Of a stretch of 23,807 nucleotides of DNA, positions 9,496 to 20,159 are shown in pieces. The notes beneath the pieces are model-generated. The model saw nothing but the letters and a program-made list of their open reading frames with translations, had not been told where the DNA came from and made no database searches. The position numbers and the translations under genes are program-made. Position 1 is the stretch's first letter; each line of letters opens with the position of its first letter. This DNA comes from Lama guanicoe (lineage: Eukaryota). The stretch is taken from contig MU053085.1 in assembly GCA_013239625.1 (NCBI GenBank), positions 62,001 through 85,807 on the forward strand, in the 5' to 3' direction.

Positions 9496-10584
9496 TTGTG
9501 TTCATGTCAACAGTCGAAGGAGCCCAGAAGGTAGTTATTTCCATACATGGAGCAGGGGCAAATGATTTTTCTCTCTCACTCTAAAGAAACCAAGCGTATA
9601 TTTTACTGAAAACAATAAGAGGGATTTTTATCTCACAGGTCAGGAAACACCATTTCTCACCAAACCTGTGGACTTAATCTATCTTCCCAAGTTCCTCACA
9701 GCCACAGAGCCACATGTTTTCTCTCTCTTTTGACTCTTCTCTAAACCTCTCTAGTTCCAGTCTTCCATTTCCAGATCTTTCCTTGAATCCTTTCTCTCCT
9801 TTCTTAAATAGAACAAGTTAATTCTGTTTCAGCTCTAAGTTTCATAGCTGCCTCTAAAAACTGACTTAGCAAGCAGCATACCTGCCAGTTATTAGGAATT
9901 TCTCTCATTAAAAGGCAAGGGAATATTATGTAATACTTTTGATTTCCTCACCTATGTCTCCACCCACTGCAGTGTTTCCACCTCTTTGCAAAGTCTTCCC
10001 AATTGGTTTGAGAGTTCCCAGCTGATATTTCACATGTACTTACAAAGTGCTGTCAGTCACCAGATGACATCCTCCATCTGTTTGCTTTTCTGTTTTAGCC
10101 CCCTGTGGTTTTCCCATCTGTGGTGGATACCTTCGATGCCTACACAGTCACATAGTCCAGTGAAAGGGTCTTGGCTCTGCCTCCAGGATTTTCAGCCAAG
10201 CTCCCTCCTTTTAGACAGAGCTGCCAGTACACAGCCTGCTGATATTCGAGTGCCAGAGCAGAGCCATAGAATCTGATGCCCCTAGGATATAGAATATATT
10301 CTAAGAATATGTGCATAGAATATGTGCTGAGTGACATTGTGTTCATCGTGCAAGGAGGGAGAATGCTTTCCCACTCCTTTTGTCATCAGAGAGGTCATAT
10401 GAACACTAGAGGGTTTTTCCATTGACAGCATTTTTGGACTAACAGCATCCTCTTGCTGTGTAGTCTCATTATATTCTTTGCTTTAGAGAATTAGGATTTA
10501 ACATGCCATTACCTGAAACATGTTACTGATGGTGATAGTCTTTTTAAAGATTATATTTGTATTACACATATTTTACTCACATTA

Positions 10585-10698
10585 CTATCCACTAGAATGG
10601 GGCTTCCATTCTAGGCTGTCATTTTCCCAGGGCCTAGAATAGTATATGATCCATAGCAGATAGATAATAATTATTTGTTGATTGAATAAATGGATGCA
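10585..10698 (+). mobile_element. L2 3' end
   Basis: 'ccactagaatg...cccagggcctagaatagtatatgatccatagcagatagataataattatttgttgattgaataaatggatg'. Confidence 0.75.
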
Positions 10699-10808
10699 TT
10701 GTTTCTGTGTTGCAATCTACACTTTAGTACTATATGTCATTAACATTTTGGATTTTATACCTTGCCTCCCTAAGTAGATTTTAAGTTGTCTTTTAAGTAA
10801 GGACTACA

Positions 10809-11340
10809 TGGGGGAGGAAAAATTATTTTCTCTCTACACTTCCAGGTTCATGGCTAAGACCCTTCTGTAATAAAAAAACATATTAACAGGAGAAAAACAA
10901 ATAGAAATTTAATAACTGGTATACCTTCCGTATACATGGGAGATACCCAGGAAAACTGAGTAACTCCCCAGAATGACCCAACCTCCCACCTTAAATATTG
11001 TTTCCAGCTAAAGACAAAAAAAGGCATTTGGTGAGGAGAGCCTGGTTTTCAGGCAAAGCACAGTAAACAAAGGTATGGTTGTATGAGGATTTAAGTCCAT
11101 GTCTTTTCATTGATAGAGTTGCTAGGGGTTTAGTCACCCTCCTTTTCATGGTACAGAAAGGTAGACACCCTTACAAATGGAAATTTCCCTTATAAGTGAA
11201 AACTTCTCTTATGAAATTGTAATTTCTACTCGGTTTTCAGAGTTTTTTTCTGTGTCTGCAGTTTCTTAAAAATAATCAGCCTGAAATTATCCTTATTTCA
11301 AAAAGGCATTTTTTAGGGTGACTTATTCTGCTCCCCTTCA
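10809..11340 (-). mobile_element. ERV1-class solo LTR, MER34-related (laurasiatherian type)
   Basis: TG...CA termini, 532 bp. The reverse complement begins 'tgaaggggagcagaataagtcaccctaaaaaatgcctttttgaaataaggataatttcaggctg', like MER34 'tgaagg..cagaatatgccaccccaaaatatgcc..tttggcataaggattattttgagctg'. Flanked by direct repeats actaca (10803-10808, 11341-11346). Confidence 0.85.
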
Positions 11341-11816
11341 ACTACATCCTACAATTATTTACAATTATGGTCATATTGATTATTCCATCTGGAATATGAG
11401 GAGAGCTGATTAGGAATTAAAATGATTAACCTGTGCACTCCTTCAGCAAATGAATCACTTTAAATGCTGTCAATGGAAAACCCCAGGAGATCATTTTAGG
11501 TAAGGTTTTTGTTTGAAGTTTTAAATGCATAAAAAGCTAAAAACTAGCAATTTACTAACCTAAAATATTGCCCTAGTTTGAGTACAACAGCATTCATAAT
11601 AGTCACAGGTTCCCTTCATTTTACACAAGAGGTATTAACAACTTAAAACTTGCTACTAGAAGTAAAATGTCTTTATTGTTTAAAGGTATATGGGAACATA
11701 TGTCTCATTGGAGACTCTTTGGAGACCTAAACATAGGTAAAATCAGCACAAGTTACTTGTCATGTGTCAGATATATGTGATTTCAGCTAAGAAATTAATG
11801 GACACGTGTTGTAAGC

Positions 11817-12006
11817 CAGCGGTTCTTAGAGTTTTGCCCTTGTGCTAATTGCATAACAGCACCTGAAACTTGTTACCCATGCAAATTGTACAAGCCCCGC
11901 CCCAGATCTACTGGATTACAAAGTCACAGGTTCTGGGTCAGCAATATGGGCTTTAGCCAGCCCTCCAACTGATTCAGATCGATGCTTGCGATAGAGAAGC
12001 AAGATC
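11817..12006. mobile_element. MER5A-like hAT-Charlie MITE
   Basis: 'cagcggttcttagag...gcacctgaaacttgtta...atgcaaattgtacaagccccgcccagatctactggat...cagcaatatgggctttagccagccctccaactgattcagat...gagaagca', ~190 bp. Confidence 0.75.
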
Positions 12007-12640
12007 CTAGTAAACCACCATTGTTGAGAGCAATGCACTGTTAAGGGGGGTATCCTCATACTTCTCAAATCTTAGATGTTGAGGAATTTATCAATAAAAT
12101 TTACATCCTATAAGACTTCCAAAGCAATGACTTGAACAGCCTTTTTTTTTTGGCTTAGTGAATTAAACCCAAATCTTAAGTTTTGTAACTCAAGCATAAA
12201 AAGCCAGTTGCAGGGGGACACTTTGGGGAACTGGAAAAACCAGGAATTATACGATTTGCTCTCAATAAGTTCTGATAATTAGTTCTTTGAGTTGTTCATA
12301 TGTAGATGTAGACATGACCCATTAGCTTCCAATTCTAAAGCAAAATGAAGCATTGGCTATTTTAGAATTTCCCACCCAACTATGAAATACATATCAGTAA
12401 CACCACTATAAAGAGCTTTCCTTGCTTGAATCCTGTGAACCACAGTTAGAAGGTAAGGAGCTCCTAATGTGTAAATGCAACCTGAAGTTCTGTTCATTTT
12501 GAGGACTCTAACTCCTACTGAGAGTGAATAGAAAACAACGATGCATAGAACTTCTATGTCCCAGCCATAACCTCCAATTTCTCCTTTATGTTTTAAAATG
12601 GATTACTCACCTTTGATCTGTCTTTACTTTTTCTTGATAT

Positions 12641-12642
<2 letters not shown>

Positions 12643-12680
<38 letters not shown>
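12643..12680. repeat. (TG)19 microsatellite
   Basis: Perfect dinucleotide run of 38 bp. Confidence 0.98.
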
Positions 12681-12681
<1 letters not shown>

Positions 12682-13043
12682 TGGGGGCAGAGAAGAAGGA
12701 GTTTAAACTCATCCCTCTCTTTGCCCTTTATGAGGCAGACTCAAGCTGTTATCAACTTATTATCCCATGAATACCCGTTTCCATCAATATTTGTGTAATG
12801 ATACTATATATTTAATAATAATTCATTTATATATAAGCTTATTTTTAGAACTTTTTAAAATAAAGATTTTTCAACTGTTCCTTGTTTTAATTTTAATTTG
12901 ATAAGTGTCAAAGTAAGTTTCATTATTTGTATATTTTTCATATTAAGTCACTATATTTACAGATTTAGTATTTTGTTTATTGGTAAATTGATTATTGAGA
13001 AAGTATTTGATTCTCACATGAAATAGTTGTAGATATAGATAGA

Positions 13044-13765
13044 TAGAGACACCTTATAGATACTGAAGGTTCTGTTCCAGATCATTGCAATAAAGCAGAT
13101 ATGGCAATAGAGCAAGTCAAACAAATTTTTTGGTTCCCTGGTGCATATAAATGTTATGTTTATACTACACTGTAGTCTATTAAGTGTGCAATAGCATTAT
13201 GTTTAAAAATGTATATGCCTTAATTAAAAAATACTTTCTTGCTAAAAAAGGCTAACCAGCACCTGAGCCTTTAGCTAGTCATAGTCACTGGTTTGGATCA
13301 CCATAACAAATACAATAATAAAAGGAACTTTGAAATATTCTGAGAATTACCAAAATGTGATGCAGAGACATGAAATGAGAAAATGCTGTTGGAAAAATAG
13401 TGCCGATTGATTGGTTTGCCACAAAACTTGAATTTGGCAAAAGTGCAATATCTGTGAAGCACAATTTAAAAAAAAAAAANNNNNNNNNNNNNNNNNNNNN
13501 NNNNNNNNNNNNNNNNNNNNNNNNNNNNNNNNNNNNNNNNNNNNNNNNNNNNNNNNNNNNNNNNNNNNNNNNNNNNNNNNNNNNNNNNNNNNNNNNNNNN
13601 NNNNNNNNNNNNNNNNNNNNNNNNNNNNNNNNNNNNNNNNNNNNNNNNNNNNNNNNNNNNNNNNNNNNNNNNNNNNNNNNNNNNNNNNNNNNNNNNNNNN
13701 NNNNNNNNNNNNNNNNNNNNNNNNNNNNNNNNNNNNNNNNAAAAAAAAGCACCATAAAGCTCTAT
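13044..13765 (-). mobile_element. Internally deleted non-autonomous Tigger1 (Tigger1a-type), interrupted by the assembly gap
   Basis: The 3'-end portion 'ggttctgttccagatcattgcaataaagc...gtctattaagtgtgcaatagcattatg' is joined to the 5'-end portion 'gatcaccataacaaatacaataat...aatgctgttggaaaaatagtgccgat...gcaatatctgtgaagcacaat'. The subterminal repeat appears to resume after the gap as 'aagcaccataaa'. Confidence 0.9.
13480..13740. other. Assembly gap (261 N)
   Basis: Run of N flanked by A12 on the left and A8 on the right. Confidence 1.
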
Positions 13766-13814
13766 ATCACCAAACTGTTCTCCAGAGCATCTGGCATAGT
13801 GACCTCTAACTACA

Positions 13815-13985
13815 GTATTTCTATCTATCTTTACATTTATATATAAATATACATTTATATAGTGCACATTCTATAACTAACTACATTATATTATAGACAT
13901 TATATCTAATTAGTGTATATTTATATATTATGTAATATTACATATTTACAAAGTTTACATATACAATTTTATGTATATGTAATGA
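13815..13985. repeat. AT-rich low-complexity (TA/TACA) region
   Basis: Degenerate tatata/tacat repeats. Confidence 0.7.
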
Positions 13986-16162
13986 AGTTAGAATGAAAAT
14001 TGGAATGCTTGTAGCTAACCCTACAAAACTGTAATGTGTTTTCTTATAAAAATCTTTAAATACAAACTATTTTGCACTACATAATTAAATTTTTTTAGAA
14101 CTATAAACAACATAAAGCAACTTGTTAAATAAAAATATTTAGCCTGTGACCTAAACTCACACATTACTCAGCAAAACACTAATTGGTTTAATTCAAGGAG
14201 CCCAACGGTCAGCACCTGCAGCCACTCAGGAAGGCAGTGGCTGAAACCAGGAATGTCCTTCAAAATCACCTGCAGGATTTAAATATACACAGACCTGGAG
14301 TCTGTGCTAGAACTCCCAGAGAAGGAGTTTCAAGGTACAAAGTGTAGGACATTTTGTTTTAATTCATGTTAAAGAATTTTCACTTTATAGTAAATAATCA
14401 GGGCAATATATGATCCATTGGAAACCTGAGAAAATAAAGAATCTCCGAGGTGCTGCTGACTTAGATGTTTTGCTTCTCTGAGGCTGCCCTGGGATGACTC
14501 TTAGAACTCATGTTGTGATATCTCCAGCTCATTTCCAACTATTCTGCCCATTCTGCCTCGTGTTCCAGGTCCTTGGAATGTCTGATGGTTGCCCTTTCCC
14601 AGCTTCCAGCCCTTGGGCAGGTTTGTCCCCTCTTTGCTGTTTCTCTTTCTCGAGTCTATTATTTCAGTGGCTCTTTATGAGCAGAAATATGTGCTTAGTC
14701 TATCATAGTTAACAAAAGTTAGAATTCATGTGACTGATCTAATGTCAGTTATTTTGACCTAGAAAATCACACTTTCTTTTATTTGGGAGAAGAAGGTTTC
14801 ATCTAGTGTAAATCTGTGTGGAGCTTTTGTCCTAACTGACCAGGTCACGTCTAGTTTATTTCCAGTTTGGATTTATTTTCTTTGTCCTATATACACATAT
14901 TCTACATCTGGTTTCTTTTAATCTTTAGTTTTCTGTTTCAAAGAGTAGTTTTTAGGTTGTTCTCAAGTTTCCTTCCACCCCTCTTTTCAGATGGTCCGTC
15001 TCTTGCTACCTGCTGTCATCTTACTTCAGCCGTTCCTGGTCTCCTGTATTCTGCCTCCTCTCTCAACCAGCACTCCTTCCATTCCAGACTATTTTTAAGA
15101 TGTTCTGACCACAAGTGCTAGAAATTCCATGGTCTTTTGACATAAACTGGTAGGCCAGTCTAATATTCTTCTGATTCCTGTGGCAAATAGTTTCCAGAAA
15201 TATGCCCATATTGAGTAATATTTCTTAGCTTTATTTTTCATTTCTTCAGGTCAGGATGGTTCTAAAATGTGTATCAGACCAATCTAGAAGTGGGAATTAT
15301 GGCCTTCCAAGTGGTCATATTTACATGCACAGGTGAAAATTACTGAGACTGGAATGTCACTTGAAGAAATAGCAGTGACTGCAGCTTTAAACCAGCATAT
15401 GTTAAGTATGCAGAGTTGTGTGAATGAAAGCCATGCAATTTTCAGTCCTTTTTGTGTGAATAGCTCATGATATCTTGTTACTCCAGACACTGCTGTTCTT
15501 TGATTCCAGGTCTCCTCAGCCCATGACTCTGGTTTTGGGCTCCTACTTTCATTCTTGCAAGTTTTTTTGCCTCCTTGACTGATCTTGTGTCCTCAGCTTG
15601 AGGCTCCATGCTCTTAGGAACTTGGTGTTGAATGGCCCTTTAGTTTTTCTGTTGCCTGAGGTATGCCCCTGCTCTGATTCCTCTGAACCCAAACCCTGAC
15701 AATGTGGGCTGGCACCAGGAACACTTTCATCCCGTGTGGCTGGAATTGGAGCCCCCAGAAGTATAGTCAGTCAGTGCAGTCAAACCATTTGAAGCACTCT
15801 GCATGTTTGGTTGGAAATTTTTAAAAATAATTACGATGTCAGTATTCATTTATTTCAATTCTTCCCTGATTCTGTGTTGATTACTTCCTGTATAAAGTAT
15901 TTTCAGCTCCAAAAGACAATACTCTCCCTTGATCCTATTTTGTGATTGAGGGGGAATATTGTGTCCTATTAAACCAACGACTAAGGGAATTCCTCCTTTA
16001 ACCAACTCACTCCATCTGGGCTAGGGGCAGAGTTTACTAGTGTTGCAGATATGTCAAGAAAGGATTTGGTTATGGTGATTAAAGATAATTCTATCCATAT
16101 ACCCCTGTCCATCGCTTGAGAAATTACTAACTTACTAAACTGATGTCGTATTCTTTGCATTT

Positions 16163-16653
16163 CTCATCAGTTACTTACTATCAGCATAATACTTGGTAAC
16201 AAACAACTACTGAAGCTAGAGACATATACAGCAATAAACATCCATTGCTCACATCTCTGAACTGTTTGGGTTCGGAGACTGCTGATTTTGGCTGAGCTTT
16301 TTCACAGGTGGCATCATTGGCTATTGACCAATCTAGGCTGACTGTGGCTGGACAGCTGGATCTCTCAGCTGAGCTGGCTCCCACTCATCCACATGTCTCA
16401 TCTTCTCCTAGGAACAAAAGCTTATCCTTGGCTTACTTAAAAAATAATTACAGCAACGGCAGATGGCAAGAGAAAATTTCCCAAAAGTTCAAGCTCACTT
16501 CATGCCTCTGCTTGTATTGTATCAGCTAAAAGTCATGTTGGCCAAATCAAACAATATGACATTCAAGAGCTGAGAGGGAGGGCACTACAAAGTTACATGG
16601 CAAAGTCCCTGGGTAGAGGGAGGGTGAAGGTCATTGATGCACCCAGTTATCAT
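16163..16653 (-). mobile_element. Old MaLR LTR (MLT1I/J/H-like)
   Basis: 'ggtaacaaacaactac...cagcaataaacatccattgctcac...gcctctgcttgtattgtatcagctaaaagtcatgttggccaaatcaa...agggcactacaaagttacatggcaaag...ggtagagggagggtgaa'. Confidence 0.8.
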
Positions 16654-16950
16654 ACTCTTTATGCACACAGGAGGAAGACATTTAAGGAAATAGAAACTAC
16701 AAGTCCAAATTGACTAAAAATTTTCAGAAAATATTATTATTATATTATCCCTTGGAAGTCTTCTCCCAAGCATGAAGTCAAAGCTGCCAAGAGAAGTTTG
16801 TGTAGCAGCACACCTAAGGGGAAACCACCACTTTCACTAATAATTGCTTTCTATTAGGAGATGAAAATAGTCTTAGTTTTTGTGTTAGTATTGTGTTCAG
16901 GAAAAAGTATGTGTAGTTTGTTTTATTCTTTGAAAATAATTATAATCTTA

Positions 16951-17109
16951 AACTGCTAATGGGTGCAGGGGATGATGAAAATGTTCTGAAATTAGACAGT
17001 AGGAATGGCCACACAACTCTGTGAATACATTAAAAACCACTGATTTGTAAACATTAAAAGGATGAATTTTAAGGCAGGTGAACTAATCTTAATAAAGTTA
17101 TTATTTAAA
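16951..17109 (+). mobile_element. L1MB-like extreme 3' end
   Basis: 'actgctaatgggtgcaggggatgatgaaaatgttctgaaattagacagtaggaatggccacacaactctgtgaatacattaaaaaccactgatttgta...ttaataaagtt'. Confidence 0.88.
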
Positions 17110-18474
17110 CTATTTAAAATTTGAAGCATCTTTAATGTTGCATGTATAAATAAGAATATTTTATACCTAATATATATAATTTTCAACTTTACTCCTTAAA
17201 TTTAAGAACAGTAAAGGAAAATGTTTTAGTAGTTACTTTTTCTATGCAGAATTTTGGAATGCTTTCTTAAAACTGATTTTGGTATAGTTCTGAATTAAGT
17301 GCGAGTAAAACCTTAAAATAAAACTAAATCAAATAATGTAAATCAAAGTCCTAGGAAAACATAAGCATTATCAAAAAGGATCTCATTGCTATAGTAAGTA
17401 AACAGGTATAAGTTTACGATTTGTAAAATGTCAAATATACTGTTAAAATATTTGTCTATTATCTAGGCTTTTTCCCACTCTAAGTTCCATTTATCATGAA
17501 TCACTGAGCATAATCACATTTTTATACAAAACATAATACAAGAACTCCATGAAGTGCATATTAAACACAAAGTACACATGCTAGGAGAAGGCTAGGAACA
17601 TGCTGATGACTAGCACAAAGTCTCTGCCTTCAAAATCAAAGAAAATTTTAATACCTGGATTTTAATTGGAATATTTTTTTCCTGAATTAATTTTTGTTAT
17701 TTTCTTGGGTTCTTTTCACAATGAGCCATTGAATTAGAAATGATGCTATTTATGGATTTTCTGACAATATAGCATAAAGTAAATATCTGTATTCTTAAAT
17801 TTAGATGCTAATATTATACCCTAAAGTTCAAAAAACATTGTTGATTTGACATTCTCATACGGACCTTGTCATCTACACAGATGAAAATGCTTGAGCAAGC
17901 ATTTGTTACTTAAAGTTATGATTCTATGTTATGAATATTTTAGTCACAAAAAAGTGTATAAACTAAATATGCCAAATTAAGTAAAGCTTTATATATACAA
18001 GAATTATTTTTTAAAGTGTTGTCAGTACAATTTAAACTGATAATCTAATCTATTCTCTTTCATCTTCTCAGATATTTTTTAGCAAAAACAAAGGCCCAAG
18101 TGTGCTAAGTTGAACCTGATGGAATTGCCATTTTGTAGGTACTGAGTGGTCAGATACTGACAGTTTTGTGTAGTTCAAGCAAACAGAAGTACTACTGCAC
18201 TGACAGACTGTATATTGAGATACACAAAGGCATGCTCCAGGCCATTTCCTCACAAAACTGTTCTGCCCTCCAGAATAAGAAGATATTAAGTAAAATCCCA
18301 AATTGGTTGGCATTAAAGTTCATCATGGTTTAATCCCTCAGAATGACCTGTTCCTGAATATAGACTCAACCTTTCTAGTCTTCTATATATTTGTGATTTT
18401 GTTGCTAACAATAACGTAGATTTTTAAAGAAAATTTATTTACTGCAATCAAAGCTAGTGCCCTTCTAAATGTTT

Positions 18475-18525
18475 TTCACTGGATTATTTCCACCTTCAGA
18501 TTCACTGGATTACTTCCACCTTCAG
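18475..18525. repeat. 26-bp tandem duplication
   Basis: ttcactggattatttccaccttcaga / ttcactggattacttccaccttcag, with one internal mismatch. Confidence 0.93.
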
Positions 18526-18699
18526 CTTCCCTCTCAAAATTAATCTAAACCTGAAAGGGGATGGGGAAGCAAACAGAGGGCATACTGTTGTGTATAAGGA
18601 ATGTTTCAGTGAGAATCATTAAAAAGTGCTGAGCTTATTATTGAATTTTATCAAGCTTTAGAGTAGATCATTACCAGATAAGCTGGCTTGAGACATGGG

Positions 18700-18850
18700 A
18701 GGTCCACCTGTTAGTACAAGTATCTTAATTTCCATCTGCATTCATTTTTTAAATCTATATAATATCATTTACAATATTATTTCCTAAGCTTCACTGCAGC
18801 GCTGTTGTTCAGATTAAATATGTAATATCCATAAGCACTATTTTCAAAAT
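18700..18850 (+). mobile_element. Highly degenerate MIR-like fragment
   Basis: 'caagtatcttaatttccatctgcattcatttttt...gctgttgttcagattaaatatgtaatatccataagcact' resembles the MIR core and 3' part. Confidence 0.45.
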
Positions 18851-19319
18851 AAACAATACATTTTAATAACTATTATTTTTGTATTAACTTCAAATTACAA
18901 CAATGCAATCACATAAACATTTGACAAAAGTAATCCATGTCTCAGTGGTATTCTAAAGGGTATTTGTGACATAGCAAATGCCACAGAAAATGGCTCTATT
19001 TTTAAAACATTAGTATAATGTAGTACATCTATAATAATCCTGCCAGCAAGAAATCCTCCCTCCCAGATTTTACATACAGGATTGCACTTTCAAATCCTCC
19101 TGAAAGAAAGCTCATTCAGTTGTCCATTTTCAAATTTACATATAATCTGAAATACTACCATAGCCTGAAATCTCTCTTCCTTTCAATTAGCTAAACTAAT
19201 TTTATGGTACCACAAAGTGTGAGCAGATTTTTTTACATTTACTTTGAAAGTAAGTATGCTGATACAGTACATCATCCTATAAGAACTATAACCTGTGTAT
19301 TAAATATAAAGCAATTTAT

Positions 19320-19748
19320 TGTATCAGTTGAGATGTTTGTAACTGAATACATGACTCAACCTGACTGAATAAGAATATTTATTATCTAATATAACAACGG
19401 TATAGAGTTAGTCTAGGACTGTTAGACACATTGGTCCAATGCTGCTCTCAAAGACAGGAGGTTCTTTTTACCTTTCTTTTCCACCATGTTCAGTTTGACT
19501 TTATGTTCATGGATGCAAGACTGTAGTTGATTCAGATGAAATATTAAGATATAAAAATATGCAGGTGAAGAAAAGGACTATCTCTTTCCATGTTCTCTAA
19601 GGAGAACTGAAAGTCATTGTAAAACTTTTGCTCACAAATCATTTGCCAGGATAGGCTTGTATGTAAATCACTGCCGAGGGGCATAGGATTGCCATATTGA
19701 CCAAGGTAAGTCATGTAGAGTGGAAAGGATGTTGGAAAGTCAACCACA
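19320..19748 (-). mobile_element. Old MaLR LTR (MLT1K/L-like)
   Basis: TG...CA ends. 'tgtatcagttgagatgttt...atttattatctaatataaca...caatgctgctctcaaagacaggaggttcttttta...tcatttgccaggataggc...ggattgccatattgacc...ggatgttggaaagtcaaccaca'. Confidence 0.65.
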
Positions 19749-20159
19749 AAAATCACCTTAATCATACACTCTTCCATTATTCACATATAAAGAGTCATCA
19801 TATGTATGCATAAATCTTAACATGAAAATACAGGCTTCTGAGATGGTTTCTTAAAAAATATTCAGAAGCCAGAAAAAATCCTGCACTCCAGATTAACACC
19901 TAAGTAGCTTTCAACTGATAAGTAAAAAAAAACAAAAAAAAATAAGAATTTTATTTATTTCATCTGACCTCATGTAGTTGTTAATTACACATGCTTCTGT
20001 TTTCTCCATAAGGGTTCTCTCTTCATGCCAGAAAAAAAACACTGAGTTACCTACTTTCCACAGTTTCAGAAGGCAAGATGTTCACCAGGTGGTCAAAATA
20101 TGTTCATTTCACTTAATTTCAGAATTTACAAGTAAGAGTAGTTGAAAATCTCAGCTTAC

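Noticed and set aside
13285..13867. The three longest ORFs (133-156 aa)
   Set aside because: They are artefacts of reading through the 261-N gap; the left flank is Tigger1 terminal sequence.
14230..14470. Possible MER5-like fragments ('cagtggctgaaacc...aatcacctgcagga', 'ctccgaggtgctgctga')
   Set aside because: The similarity is too short and patchy to call without an alignment.
14860..15280. Possible antisense HAL1/L1ME relic (pyrimidine-rich, 'ctgctgtcatct')
   Set aside because: Only a weak resemblance by eye; needs RepeatMasker or nhmmer.
17885..17904. Inverted repeat aaatgcttg-ag-caagcattt
   Set aside because: A short 9-bp stem with no extended hairpin, so not a credible miRNA or structured RNA; compatible with chance.
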